Source: an uncultured delta proteobacterium (GTDB lineage: Bacteria; Myxococcota; Myxococcia; Myxococcales; Myxococcaceae). Taken from it: a stretch of 64,000 nt of DNA. Position numbers and translations under genes: made by a program. The notes under the pieces were generated by a model. That model searched no databases and was not told the origin of the DNA. It saw only the letters and a list, made by a program, of their open reading frames with translations. The first letter of the stretch is position 1. Each line of letters begins with the position of its first letter. Below, piece after piece: positions 1-9,642 of the stretch. The stretch is from assembly GCA_963776345.1 (NCBI GenBank), contig CAVZMH010000002.1:46604-110603 (forward strand), written 5' to 3'.

Positions 1-9
1 GAAGGTGGT

Positions 10-471
10 CTGAAGCTGCGCGTCCTCTCCGTGGGGCGCGATCGGTCCGGTTGGTTCGAGCCCGGGGTCCAGGGCTACGCGGAGCGGCTCCGGCGGCACC
101 TCCAGCTCGAGCTGGTCGAGCTCCCCGCGGCGAAGGGCGCTCTCCCCCCTGCGGACGCACGCCGGCGCGAGGGCGAGGCGCTGCTCGCGAAGCTCGGTCC
201 GGACAGCTGGCTGGTGGCGCTGGACGAGCGCGGCACGCTGCTCGACTCGGTGGAGCTCTCACGGCTGGTGGCCACCGCCCGGGACGCCGGCCGCGAGCTG
301 GTCTTCTGCATCGGCGGCGACGAGGGCCTCGACCCTTCGGTGCGCGAGCGAGCGTGGAAGGTGGTCGCGCTGTCGCGGATGACGCTTCCCCACCGCCTGG
401 CCCGACTGGTGCTGATGGAGCAGCTCTACCGCGCCTTCTCGCTGCTGCGTGGCGAGCCGTACCACAAGTAG
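10..471 (+). CDS. rlmH: 23S rRNA (pseudouridine1915-N3)-methyltransferase (SPOUT family)
   Basis: Motifs [40 protein letters not shown] and C-terminal PYHK. The frame is open upstream of 31 ([10 protein letters not shown]), so the start is probably CTG at 10 or just outside the window. Confidence 0.95.
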   Translation: MKLRVLSVGRDRSGWFEPGVQGYAERLRRHLQLELVELPAAKGALPPADARRREGEALLAKLGPDSWLVALDERGTLLDSVELSRLVATARDAGRELVFCIGGDEGLDPSVRERAWKVVALSRMTLPHRLARLVLMEQLYRAFSLLRGEPYHK

Positions 472-514
472 GCGCTGGCGCCGTGGCGGTCCCGGCATTA
501 TCCATGCGCCGCGC

Positions 515-739
515 ATGATCACCATCACCTACTGCAACGTCTGAGGTTACCTGCCGAGGGCCACCCGTGCGGCGGCCGAGCTGAAGAAGGCGCTGGGCGT
601 GGAGGCGGAGCTGGTTCCCGGAAGCGGCGGCATCTTCGAGGTCGCGGTGGACGGGAAGGTGGTGGCGAAGAAGGGCCTGGGCGGCTTCCCGGACGAGCAG
701 GCGGTGGTCAAGGCCGTGGGCGCCGCGCTCAAGCGCTGA
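515..739 (+). CDS. Rdx family (SelW/SelT/SelH-like) selenoprotein, 74 aa, Sec at TGA 542-544
   Basis: Manual translation: MITITYCNV-U-GYLPRATRAAAELKKALGVEAELVPGSGGIFEVAVDGKVVAKKGLGGFPDEQAVVKAVGAALKR*. Contains the I-x-Y-C-x-x-U-G-Y, GGIFEV and GFP motifs of the Rdx family. Absent from the ORF track because of the in-frame TGA. Confidence 0.93.
559..577 (+). promoter_or_regulatory. Candidate bacterial SECIS of the Rdx selenoprotein
   Basis: GGCCACC-CGTGC-GGCGGCC (6 of 7 pairs) starts 14 nt after the TGA and has a G-containing 5-nt loop. Confidence 0.6.
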
Positions 740-1832
740 CCGGGCCGGCGGCGGACATCCGCCGCGGGGCGCTGCGCCGATCGAGACGCCGGTAGATCTT
801 GTCCGTCACCCAGGCGAGCGCGGCGGTCGCGGCGATGACGAGTGCGGTGAGTCCGGCGAAGCCCGCCCAGCCGCACCGGCCGCCGGCGACGCCGGCGAGC
901 GAGACGCCACGGACCTCGTAGTAGATGAGCATCTCGTGGAAGAAGTACGCCGCGAGCGACGAGGTGCCGAAGAGCTCGAGGAGCCACACCGACGGTGAGC
1001 GCCGCGCGCCAGCGGGAGCGCGGGCCTCGATCGCCAGCAGCGCCAGGAGCACTGCCATCACCATCATGCCCCGGGCGCCCGAGTTCGCGGGGTCGGTGAC
1101 CCAGAACGCGTGCGGCGGGTAGAGGGCGAGCCAGACTGGCCTGAGGAACCATGCCGCGGCCGAGCCGAGGGCGATGCCCAGCGCGAGCCGGCGCACCTGT
1201 GCCGCGCTCCCCTTCGCCGCGGTCGCTCCCGCCGCCCCGCCGAGGAACGCCCAGCCCGCCCAGGGGAGGAGGGGAAACACCGACCGGTGCGGGCCGTCCT
1301 TGTTGAACAGGTCCTGCAGCGGTCCGGTCACCCCGTCGGCGAACGGGGCCGCCAGGAAGAGCGCCACGCCGACCAGCAGCGAGGCGATGGCGAGCGTGCG
1401 CGGGCGCGGGGCGAGCGCCACGTCCAGCGGCAGGGCGGCGAGCAGCGTGAGCCCGATGCACTGGAGGATGTCCACCCGGAGGAGCCAGGCCGGCTCGACG
1501 GAGATCGGGAACCACACCCAGTTGATCAGCGTGCCGACCGCGAGCACCTCGCCGATGCGCCGGAGCGAACGGAGCACGCGCGGGCTGCGCGCTCCGCCGG
1601 CCGACGCGGCACGCACCTGGACCAGAGCCAGCGAGAACCCGGCGGCGAAGATGAAGGACGGCGCCACCAGCCCGTTCACCCAGTCGAGCGCCCCGGCCGT
1701 CCAGGTGGCGAGCAGCTCCTTGCGCAGCAGGACCATCGCGTGGGTCTCGACCATGACCAGCACCGCGAGGCCACGGAGCCAGTCGAAGGCCCGGACGCGT
1801 GCCAGGGCGGAGGGCTGGGGCGGGCTGGACAC
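729..1832 (-). CDS. Membrane acyltransferase-like protein (DUF1624 / heparan-alpha-glucosaminide N-acetyltransferase-like)
   Basis: N-terminal R-x-x-x-FDWLRGLAVLVMVETH, APSFIFAAG, DILQCIG, FPLLPW and many TM segments. Start is GTG 1832 or 1859. Confidence 0.8.
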   Translation of the reverse strand: MSSPPQPSALARVRAFDWLRGLAVLVMVETHAMVLLRKELLATWTAGALDWVNGLVAPSFIFAAGFSLALVQVRAASAGGARSPRVLRSLRRIGEVLAVGTLINWVWFPISVEPAWLLRVDILQCIGLTLLAALPLDVALAPRPRTLAIASLLVGVALFLAAPFADGVTGPLQDLFNKDGPHRSVFPLLPWAGWAFLGGAAGATAAKGSAAQVRRLALGIALGSAAAWFLRPVWLALYPPHAFWVTDPANSGARGMMVMAVLLALLAIEARAPAGARRSPSVWLLELFGTSSLAAYFFHEMLIYYEVRGVSLAGVAGGRCGWAGFAGLTALVIAATAALAWVTDKIYRRLDRRSAPRRMSAAGPVSA

Positions 1833-1886
1833 GGGCCGGTTGTACCAGGGAGGGAGCACGCGGGACGTCGAATCCCCCCGCGACCT

Positions 1887-1931
1887 GGGGTGCCAGACAC
1901 CTCATGGCCTCGACACCTCGCTCCCTCGACC
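1887..1931. repeat. REP-like palindrome copy (GGGGTGCCAGACACCTCATGGCC plus degenerate tails)
   Basis: Matches the GAGGTGYCARACACCTCGTGACC family also seen at 3759-3851 and 25150-25250. Confidence 0.6.
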
Positions 1932-1975
1932 TGTCCGTGGTCGACGCTGGCCGGGGCGCTGGCTAGATAGGGCCC

Positions 1976-3517
1976 ATGCGACCGAAACACCGGGTGCTCC
2001 TGGCCATCCTCGACGGATGGGGCGTGCGCGCGGCGCGCGAGGACAACGCGATCCTGCTCGCCGGCACCCCCAACCTCGACCGCTTCGCCGGGAAGATGCC
2101 TCGCACCGAGCTGCTGAGCTCCGGGCTGGCGGTGGGTCTCCCCGAGGGCCAGATGGGGAACTCGGAGGTGGGGCACACCAACATCGGCGCCGGGCGGATC
2201 GTCTACCAGGACCTGGTGCGCATCAACCGCGCGGTCGAGCGGGGAGAGCTGGGCCACAACCCGGCCCTGGTCGCGGCGATGGACACTGCACGCTCCGGGG
2301 GGACGGCGCTACATCTGATGGGGCTCATCGGCCCCGGCGGGGTGCACGCCTCGCAGGCGCATCTGCTGGGGCTCCTGCGCGCGGCGAAGACCCGGGGCGT
2401 GGCGCGCGTCTTCGTCCACGCCTTCCTCGACGGCCGGGACACGCCGCCGATGAGCGCGCTGGGCTACCTCGAGGAGCTGGAGCGGTTCCTCCGCGAGACC
2501 GGCACCGGGCGCATCGCGACCGTCATCGGCCGCTTCTACGCCATGGACCGAGACAAGCGCTGGGACCGCGTGCAGCAGGCGTACGAGGCGCTGGTACGCG
2601 GCGTCGGCCGGCGGGCGCCGGGCGCGCTGGAGGCGGTGCGCGCGTCCTACGCCGAGAAGGTGGGCGACGAGTTCGTCCCGCCGACGGTGCTGGTGGACGG
2701 CGACGCCCCGGTGGCCACCGTCCGCGATGGCGACGCGGTCATCTTCTTCAACTTCCGCGCGGACCGGGCGCGGGAGCTGACCCGCGCGCTGGCCGTCCCC
2801 GGCTTTCACGAGTTCGACCGGGGCGGGCTGCAGCTCGGCCGGATGGTCTGCATGACCCAGTACGACGAGACCCTCAATCTGCCACTGGCGTTCCCGCCCG
2901 AGCAGCCGCGGGAGATCTTCCCCGAGGTGCTGGCCGAGCAGGGCCTGACGCAGTTCCGCACCGCCGAGACCGAGAAGTACGCGCACGTCACCTTCTTCTT
3001 CAACGGCGGCCGGGAGGTGGTGTTTCCCGGCGAGGAGCGGGTCCTCATCCCCAGCCCGCGCGAGGTGAAGACGTACGACCAGAAGCCGCAGATGTCCGCG
3101 CCGGAGGTGACGTCGCGGCTGGTCCAGGCGGTGGGCTCGGGGAAGTACGACTTCCTCCTGGTCAACTACGCCAACCCGGACATGGTCGGGCACACCGGCA
3201 ACCTGGACGCGGCGATCGAGGCGGTCCGGGTTGTCGACACCTGCCTCGGCCAGGTCGCGGACGCGTGCGCCCGGGCCAACATCGTGCTGGTCATCACCGC
3301 CGACCACGGGAACTGCGAGCAGATGCGCGACCCGGTGACGGGGCAGCCGCACACCGCGCACACCACGAACCCGGTGCCGTTCCATCTGGTGCATCCGGAC
3401 TTCGCCGGGGCGAAGCTGCGGAGCGGGGGAATCCTCGCGGACGTGGCGCCCACGCTGCTGCAGATCATGGGGCTTCCGCAGCCGAAGGAGATGGACCGGA
3501 ACAGCCTGCTCGTCTGA
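1976..3517 (+). CDS. gpmI: 2,3-bisphosphoglycerate-independent phosphoglycerate mutase
   Basis: ILDGWG, GQMGNSEVGH, FNFRADRARE, AETEKYAHVTFFFNGG, NPDMVGHTG, TADHGN. Confidence 0.98.
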   Translation: MRPKHRVLLAILDGWGVRAAREDNAILLAGTPNLDRFAGKMPRTELLSSGLAVGLPEGQMGNSEVGHTNIGAGRIVYQDLVRINRAVERGELGHNPALVAAMDTARSGGTALHLMGLIGPGGVHASQAHLLGLLRAAKTRGVARVFVHAFLDGRDTPPMSALGYLEELERFLRETGTGRIATVIGRFYAMDRDKRWDRVQQAYEALVRGVGRRAPGALEAVRASYAEKVGDEFVPPTVLVDGDAPVATVRDGDAVIFFNFRADRARELTRALAVPGFHEFDRGGLQLGRMVCMTQYDETLNLPLAFPPEQPREIFPEVLAEQGLTQFRTAETEKYAHVTFFFNGGREVVFPGEERVLIPSPREVKTYDQKPQMSAPEVTSRLVQAVGSGKYDFLLVNYANPDMVGHTGNLDAAIEAVRVVDTCLGQVADACARANIVLVITADHGNCEQMRDPVTGQPHTAHTTNPVPFHLVHPDFAGAKLRSGGILADVAPTLLQIMGLPQPKEMDRNSLLV

Positions 3518-3543
3518 GCGGGACATCGACGTGGGCGCCCCGA

Positions 3544-3724
3544 CAGCGGCCGGAGGTGTCCCTGGGCATCCTGCTCGGCGGACCCTTCAGTCTCGGCGGA
3601 CGGTGCCTCCGACCGCTCCTACCGGGGCGCACCGGGAACCTGGGCGCACGCCACCGTTCGTGACCCTTCCCCGCCCGAAGTCGGCCGGCAGGCCACCGGC
3701 CTGGAACGCAGGCATCGACCGCTG
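3544..3724 (-). ncRNA. Candidate structured ncRNA, ~181 nt rod (6S-like architecture, family unassigned)
   Basis: Nested end-to-end helices on the minus strand (CAGCGGUCG/CGGCCGCUG, GUUCC/GGGAC, CCUGC/GCAGG, CGGC/GCCG, GAC/GUC, GGCGG/CCGCC, ACGGUG/CACCGU). G-U pairs occur only on the minus strand. An AT-rich tract lies at its 5' side. Confidence 0.55.
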
Positions 3725-3770
3725 ACTGTCATATCTATCCGGACTTACACTAGTTTTTGAGGTGTCAAAC
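3725..3770. promoter_or_regulatory. AT-rich, probably divergent promoter region
   Basis: ACTGTCATATCTATCCGGACTTACACTAGTTTTTGA stands out in high-GC DNA. Plus strand has CTGACT-N18-TACACT (3722-3751) toward comF; minus strand has TTGACA at 3763-3768. Confidence 0.5.
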
Positions 3771-3851
3771 ACCTCGTTACCGAGTTACCGGTTACCGACC
3801 GTGACCAGCTGACCACGAGGTACCAAACACCTCGTGACCGACCTCGTGACC
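3759..3851. repeat. Cluster of REP-like palindromes and CCTCGTGACC/GTTACC short repeats
   Basis: GAGGTGT-CAA-ACACCTC (3759-3775), CACGAGGT-ACCAAAC-ACCTCGTG (3814-3836), CCTCGTGACC at 3830 and 3842. Confidence 0.75.
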
Positions 3852-3935
3852 GGACCTCGGCGCCCTGGCCCGAGGTCTCGTCGGGCCCCGAGCATCCGCC
3901 GGAGCGGGGTCCGGGCCTTGCTGTGGCGGGACCGG

Positions 3936-4673
3936 ATGTCCCTCGTGGCCGAGCTGCTCGCGCTGGTCTTCCCTCCGGCCTGCGCCGCCTGTGGCGAGGT
4001 CCTGGAGCAGGAGGCGCCCCTCTGTCCGCTGTGCACGCTGGCGACCGAGCCCGTGCCGCTCCCGGGGTGCCCGCGGTGCGGGGAACCCGTCGAGCGTCCC
4101 GGCGCGTGCGTCCGCTGCCGCCGCGCGCCGCCGCGGTTCGTCTCGGCCCACGCGCCCTTCGTGCATACCGGTCCGCTCGCCCGCGCCATCCACCGGTTCA
4201 AGTACGAGGGGCACAGCGCGCTCGCGCTCCCCCTGGCGCGGGCGCTCGCCGCCGGGTCCGGGCCCTGGCTCGGTCTGCTGCAGCGCCTCGGCCCCCCGCC
4301 CACGCTCGTTCCCATCCCGCTCCATCGCGGTCGGCTGCTAGGTCGCGGGTACGACCAGGCGGCCCTCCTCACCCGCGCGCTGGCCCGCGCCACCGGCCTC
4401 CCGCTGTGCTCGACCCTGCTCCGGCGCATCCGCGCCACCCGGCGGCAAGTGGGGCTCACCGAGGCCGAGCGCACCGAGAACGTGCACGGCGCCTTCGCGG
4501 TCACCGGGCCGCTCCCCGGAGGGCCGGTGGTGCTGGTCGACGACGTCTTCACCACCGGCGCCACCGCCCGGGCCGCGACCGCCGTTCTCCGCGAGGCCGG
4601 AGCCCGAGGGGTGTACGTCCTCACCCTGGCCCGGGCGGTCGGGGAAGCGAACCCCGGGCGCTTCGGGTTATGA
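3936..4673 (+). CDS. comF: ComF family protein (double zinc ribbon plus phosphoribosyltransferase domain)
   Basis: FPPACAAC...CPLC...CPRC...CVRC, FKY, VPIPLH, RGYDQA, VVLVDDVFTTGAT. ATG at 3936. Confidence 0.93.
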   Translation: MSLVAELLALVFPPACAACGEVLEQEAPLCPLCTLATEPVPLPGCPRCGEPVERPGACVRCRRAPPRFVSAHAPFVHTGPLARAIHRFKYEGHSALALPLARALAAGSGPWLGLLQRLGPPPTLVPIPLHRGRLLGRGYDQAALLTRALARATGLPLCSTLLRRIRATRRQVGLTEAERTENVHGAFAVTGPLPGGPVVLVDDVFTTGATARAATAVLREAGARGVYVLTLARAVGEANPGRFGL

Positions 4674-4733
4674 CGGGGGAACGCGGCCCCGGACCAGCGC
4701 ACTGGCTCCCGCACCCGCATCAGACGAGCCACC

Positions 4734-7700
4734 GTGGTCTCCAGCCTCCTTCTCTCGGCCTTCCTCGCCGCAGCGTCCGCTCCGCCTCCCGTCGCCGACC
4801 CGCTCCCCGCCGAGGCCCAGCGCCGCGCAAACGAGGCGCTCGCCCAGTCCCGCTCGGTGCGCGGCGCCGCCGCGCTGATCCGGCTTCGCGGGCTCCGGGA
4901 CGACCTCGCCGACCCGCGCCCGGTCGACACCACGCTCGCCCGCATCGCCGCCGACGGCCGCGCCGAGCCCTTCACCCGCACCCTGGCCCGTCAGCTCCTG
5001 GCGGACATCGACGTCTTGCAGGGTCGGGTGGACGCGGCAGAGCGCCGCCTGCACGCGCTCGGGTACCTGCAGGACGTCTACGTCCTCGGCGGCTTCGAGA
5101 ACGAGGGCAAGACGGGCTGCGACACCGACTTCGGGCCGGAGGCGACGCTCGACCTGGACGCCTCGCTCCAGGCCAAGGGCCACCTCGCCCGCTGGCGGAA
5201 GGCGCCGGCGCGCTCGCTCGACGGCGGGATCGACCTCGGCGCCATGGTTCGCCCCTCCCGGGGCGTCGTGGCCTACGTGCTCGCGCTGCTGGACGAGCCG
5301 GCGCCCCGCCGCACCGTCCTCGCGCTCGGCACCTCCGGCGGGTTCCGCCTCTGGGTGAACGGCGAGAAGGCGGCCAGCGGCGACGCCTACCACCCCGCCC
5401 GGCCGGACCAGGACCGCGTCTCGGTGCAGCTCCGTGCCGGGGTGAACCGAGTGCTGCTCAAGGTCTGTCACGAGGACAGCGGCGTGCTCGGCGCCTACCT
5501 CCGCGACGAGTCCGCGCGCGCCCGGGCGGTGACTCCCGGAACGCTCCCCGCGCTCCCCTCCGGCCCGGCGGTCTCGGTCAGCAAGCTCCCGACGCTGAGA
5601 AGCGCGCTGGAGGCCGAGGTGGCCCGGCGTCCGGACGATGGCCGGCTACGGGCCGACCTCGGCCAGGTGCTGGAGGCGACGCAGTCCTTCGAGGCGCGCG
5701 ACCACGCCGACACCGTGGCCGCAGACCGGGCCGCGGCGGATGCCGCACGCCACGGCCATCCGGACCCGCGCATCGAGCTGCTCGCCGCCCGGCTCCAGCA
5801 CGACGACAACCTCCGCCGCCGGCATCTCGAGACGGCGCTCGCCGCAGCCCCGGATCTGCTCGAGGCGCGGCTGATGCTCGCCCGCGCCGAGCTCGCCCAG
5901 GGGCACCCGGAGCGGGTGCTCACCCTGCTCCAGCCGGTGGTGCAGCGGTGGAAGGCCTTCGTCCCCGCGCAGGTCCTCCTCGCGCGCGCCGAGGACGACC
6001 TCGGCGACGGCGTCTCCGCCACCCGGCGCATCGAGGCCCTTCCGGCCTCGGCCTGGCGCGTCCCGGAGGCGGGCCGGGAGCGAGTGCGCAGCGCGCGGCG
6101 CCTCGACCGATCCGACGAGGCCCTGGGGCGACTCCGCAGCGTGCTCGAGGCGCGTCCGGGAGACGGCGCGAGCCTCTCGCTCCTCGCGGAGATGCTGGCC
6201 GATCGCGGGGACGTGGCCGGCGCCGCCGACGCGCTCCGGAAGGCGCTCCGGCTGTCGCCCACCAGCAACGACGTCCGCCTGCGCCTCGCCGAGCTCCTCG
6301 CCTCCAACGGACGGCTGGACGAGGGGCTGGCGCTGTTCTCCGAGGCCGAGACGCTCTGCCCCGACGAGCCCGAGGTGTTCGAGCGCAAGGGCCGCGCCCT
6401 GCTCTACGCCGGCCGGAAGGCCGCCGCGCTCGAGGCGCTGGAGCGCTCGCTGGTGCTCCGTCCCCAGAACCCCGGGCTCCGCGATGCGGTCCGGGCGCTC
6501 CGGGGGAGCGAGACCTCCGCCGCGACCACCGACGCCATCGACGTCCGGCCGCTGGTCGCGGAGGCGGACAGCTACGCCGAGGACGCGGTGACGCTCGCCG
6601 ACGTCACCCGGGTGCGCGTGCAGCGGAGCGGGCTCTCCAGCCGCTTCCACCAGCTGGCGGTGAAGGTCTACACCCGCCGCGGGGTGGACGCGTTCCGGAG
6701 CTACCCCATCACCTACAGCCCGAGCCGCGAGGAGGTGCGCATCCTCCGCGCGCGCATCACCAAGCCGGACGGCTCGCTGGTGGAGAGCTTCGGGGACACC
6801 AACCGCAGCCTGAACGAGCCCTGGTCCGGGATGTACTACGACGCGCAGGCCAAGATGCTCACCTTCCCGGGACTCGCCCCAGGGGACCTGCTCGAGCTGC
6901 AGTACCGGGTCGAGGACACCGCGAGCGACAACCTCCTCTCCGACTACTGGGGGGACCTCGCGTACGTGCAGGGCATCACTCCGAAGCTCCGCTGGGAGTA
7001 CGTGGTCGACATGCCGGCAGGGCGCGCCCTGTACTGGAACGAGAAGACGCTGGGCGCCGGAGTCAGCGCCCGCCGCGAGCCCGCCACCGACGGCCGGGTG
7101 CTCTACCGCTTCGAGGCCAAACGCGTCTCACGGGTCACGCCCGAGCCGGGCATGCCGGGGTGGTCCGAGGTCGCCGCCACGCTCCACGTCTCGACCTACC
7201 GGACGTGGGAGGAGGTGGGGCGGTACTACTGGAGCCTGATCCGCGACCAGCTGGTGCCCGACGACAGCATCCGCCGCGCCGCCGAGGGCGCGCTGGGGGG
7301 CGTGGACCGGAAGGACACCCGGGCGGTGGTGCGCGCGCTCTACGAGTACGTGGTGAAGAACACCCGCTACGTGGCGCTGGAGTTCGGGATCCACGGATAC
7401 AAGCCATACCGCGTGGACCGGGTGCTGGCGCGGCGCTTCGGCGACTGCAAGGACAAGGCGTCGCTCCTGCACGCGCTCCTCGAGGTCTCCGGGGTGGACA
7501 GCCGCATCGTCCTGCTCCGGATGCGCCAGCTCGGCGCCGTCCCGCCCGAGCCCGCCTCGCTCGCCGTCTTCAACCACGCCATCGTCTACGTGCCGTCGCT
7601 CGACTGGTACCTGGACGGCACCGCCGAGTTCCACGGCGCGACCGAGCTGCCCATCCCCGACCGCCGGGCGAGCGTGCTGATCGTCGAGCCCGACGGGAAG

Positions 7701-8444
7701 AGCCGCTTCACCGTCACCCCCGAGGCCCGGCCGGAGGACAACGTCACCGACGTGCAGCTCGACCTGGCGCTCCGGCCCGGCGGCGCCGCCGAGGTGAAGG
7801 GCGAGAGCCGGGTGCGCGGGAGCGCCGCCCCCGAGTACCGCCGCAGCTACCAGTCCGCAGCCACGCGCCGCACCACCTTCGAGCAGGGCTGGGCCCAGAC
7901 CTTTCCGGGCCTGAGCGTGGACAAGGTGTCGATCAGCGACCTGAACCGGCTCGACCAGGACGTGGCGCTCGACTACGAGCTGAGCATCCCGCGCTACGCC
8001 GAGGCGGGCGGGGATACGCTGCGCTTCCTGCCCTTCGGCAGCCGCCGCGGCTACGTCGAGACGTACGCCGGGCTCACCGAGCGCCGGGGCGACCTGGTCC
8101 TCGACGGACCCAGCGTGAGCCGCTTCACCTTCCGCTACCGGCTTCCGCCGGGGTGGAGCGTGGACGCCCTGCCGCCCGACGTCACCACCACCACCGGCTT
8201 CGGGCGCCTGTCGCTGGTCTACGTCGTGGAGCAGGGCCTGCTGGTCTGCCGGGGCGAGCTGGTGTTCACCCGGGACCGCGTCTCGGCCAGCGAGTATCCG
8301 GCGTTTCGCGCCTTCGTCGCCCAGGTGGACCAGGCGTTCGCCCGGAAGGTGCTGGTCCGGGGCCCGAGGAAGTCCATCCAGCCGCAGCGGGCCACGCGCC
8401 CGTCCGCCGGCGGCGCGCCGCTCGCCCTCGCGGCCACCCCATGA
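4734..8444 (+). CDS. Secreted TPR + DUF3857 + transglutaminase-like domain protein
   Basis: Signal peptide and TPR-like helices. Transglutaminase-like triad motifs GDCKDKA, FNHAI and YLD; RYVALEFG. Confidence 0.88.
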   Translation: MVSSLLLSAFLAAASAPPPVADPLPAEAQRRANEALAQSRSVRGAAALIRLRGLRDDLADPRPVDTTLARIAADGRAEPFTRTLARQLLADIDVLQGRVDAAERRLHALGYLQDVYVLGGFENEGKTGCDTDFGPEATLDLDASLQAKGHLARWRKAPARSLDGGIDLGAMVRPSRGVVAYVLALLDEPAPRRTVLALGTSGGFRLWVNGEKAASGDAYHPARPDQDRVSVQLRAGVNRVLLKVCHEDSGVLGAYLRDESARARAVTPGTLPALPSGPAVSVSKLPTLRSALEAEVARRPDDGRLRADLGQVLEATQSFEARDHADTVAADRAAADAARHGHPDPRIELLAARLQHDDNLRRRHLETALAAAPDLLEARLMLARAELAQGHPERVLTLLQPVVQRWKAFVPAQVLLARAEDDLGDGVSATRRIEALPASAWRVPEAGRERVRSARRLDRSDEALGRLRSVLEARPGDGASLSLLAEMLADRGDVAGAADALRKALRLSPTSNDVRLRLAELLASNGRLDEGLALFSEAETLCPDEPEVFERKGRALLYAGRKAAALEALERSLVLRPQNPGLRDAVRALRGSETSAATTDAIDVRPLVAEADSYAEDAVTLADVTRVRVQRSGLSSRFHQLAVKVYTRRGVDAFRSYPITYSPSREEVRILRARITKPDGSLVESFGDTNRSLNEPWSGMYYDAQAKMLTFPGLAPGDLLELQYRVEDTASDNLLSDYWGDLAYVQGITPKLRWEYVVDMPAGRALYWNEKTLGAGVSARREPATDGRVLYRFEAKRVSRVTPEPGMPGWSEVAATLHVSTYRTWEEVGRYYWSLIRDQLVPDDSIRRAAEGALGGVDRKDTRAVVRALYEYVVKNTRYVALEFGIHGYKPYRVDRVLARRFGDCKDKASLLHALLEVSGVDSRIVLLRMRQLGAVPPEPASLAVFNHAIVYVPSLDWYLDGTAEFHGATELPIPDRRASVLIVEPDGKSRFTVTPEARPEDNVTDVQLDLALRPGGAAEVKGESRVRGSAAPEYRRSYQSAATRRTTFEQGWAQTFPGLSVDKVSISDLNRLDQDVALDYELSIPRYAEAGGDTLRFLPFGSRRGYVETYAGLTERRGDLVLDGPSVSRFTFRYRLPPGWSVDALPPDVTTTTGFGRLSLVYVVEQGLLVCRGELVFTRDRVSASEYPAFRAFVAQVDQAFARKVLVRGPRKSIQPQRATRPSAGGAPLALAATP

Positions 8445-9187
8445 GCCAAGTCTCCCAGCCACCGCTCCAGCTGACCGTCGCCATCTGCGCCTACGTGCTG
8501 CTCGTGGTCTGGGCCACCTTGCGCGGGCTGGACACGGGTCTGCGGCGGTCCGGCTGCGCGGGGCCGATTCGCCGGAGCCTCCTGGCGCGCCTCGGCGCGT
8601 TGCTCGGGACGTGGTTCCTGGCGATCACCGCGGCGGCGGTCTCCGGCGCGTGGCTCGATCCGGGAGTCCCCCGGGCGCTCGGGTATCTGGTACCAGCCCT
8701 CCTCCTCTCGCTGGTGCTCTGGCGGGCGGGCTGGCTCCAGGCCGCGGTCCAGACGCTGTCACCGGCCGCGATTCCCTGGCTGCAGACGATGCGCATCGGC
8801 GGCGGGCTCACCCTGTTCGCGGCCTGGGCCTCGGGCCTCGCGCCCTGGGGCTGGGTGGCGACGGCGGGGACCGGAGACATCCTGGTGGGGCTCGGCGCGG
8901 TGGCGGTCGCCCTGCTGCTCGGCACCGGCCTCGCCTGGTCCCGGACCGCGGCCCAGGTGTGGAACGTGTTCGGGCTGGTGGACATGGCCCACACCATGGT
9001 CCGCGGGCTGCTCTCGGCGCCGGGGCCGCAGCAGCGCTTCTTCGAGAACCCGCCCAACCTCGTGCCGGCGATCTTCCCGTTCATCTACCTGCCGGCGTTC
9101 ATCGTCCCGCTCACCATCCTGCTGCACATCCTGTCGCTGCAGCAGCTCGCACGGATGGGCCGGCTCACCCCGGCCTCTACCCGGTGA
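8441..9187 (+). CDS. Hypothetical integral membrane protein
   Basis: ATGA overlap with the upstream stop. About 7 hydrophobic segments, with LQTMRI, GTGDILVG, WNVFGLVD and FPFIYLPAFIVPL. It is the C-terminal part of track ORF 3923..9187. Confidence 0.8.
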   Translation: MSQVSQPPLQLTVAICAYVLLVVWATLRGLDTGLRRSGCAGPIRRSLLARLGALLGTWFLAITAAAVSGAWLDPGVPRALGYLVPALLLSLVLWRAGWLQAAVQTLSPAAIPWLQTMRIGGGLTLFAAWASGLAPWGWVATAGTGDILVGLGAVAVALLLGTGLAWSRTAAQVWNVFGLVDMAHTMVRGLLSAPGPQQRFFENPPNLVPAIFPFIYLPAFIVPLTILLHILSLQQLARMGRLTPASTR

Positions 9188-9593
9188 AGAGCAGGCGGGC
9201 CTCGCCGCCGACCTCGCCCTGGACCACCGCCACCTGACCGAAGCGGCGGGCGAGCGCACGGGCCTCCTCCGGATCGAGATCGAGGACGCAGAGGCTCTCC
9301 TCGACCCAGTCGCGTCCGGGTGACTCGCCGCGGGCCGGCCAGGCGACCCGTCCGGGGCGGTCGAGCGCGGCGGTGAGCGCCCGCTGGGCGGCGGCGTTCT
9401 CCGGCTCGCTCCGGGGCACGCTGCCCGGATTCCACGCGGTCAGCACCACCCAGGAACGGCGGGAGGACCCGGTGAGCCGCGCGTCGAGCTCCGGGTGGCG
9501 CTGGCCGATGCGGAGCACGAGCTCGGGCGAGCCGGGCGGGAACACCCGGTAGAGGCTCTCGAGATAGGCCTGCACGAGCGTCGGGTCGACCAT
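9177..9593 (-). CDS. DUF3293 domain protein
   Basis: AYLESLYRV, LTAWNPGS, N..AQ..L, WVEES, ARRFGQVAV. Confidence 0.85.
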   Translation of the reverse strand: MVDPTLVQAYLESLYRVFPPGSPELVLRIGQRHPELDARLTGSSRRSWVVLTAWNPGSVPRSEPENAAAQRALTAALDRPGRVAWPARGESPGRDWVEESLCVLDLDPEEARALARRFGQVAVVQGEVGGEARLLFTG

Positions 9594-9642
9594 GCGGCCT
9601 GGCGAGGATGCTCCGGGCGCGCGGCCGACGGAAGCGCTCGAG

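Noticed and set aside
3544..3724. SRP RNA, c-di-GMP-I riboswitch or small ORFs
   Set aside because: Lacks the SRP CAGG..GGAA..AGCAG motif and the GEMM GGCAAA/GAAA/GACGCAAAG core; overlapping ORFs look non-coding.
3923..9187. 1754-aa ORF
   Set aside because: Arg/Pro/Gly-rich shadow frame over comF and the DUF3857 gene; only 8441-9187 is a plausible protein.
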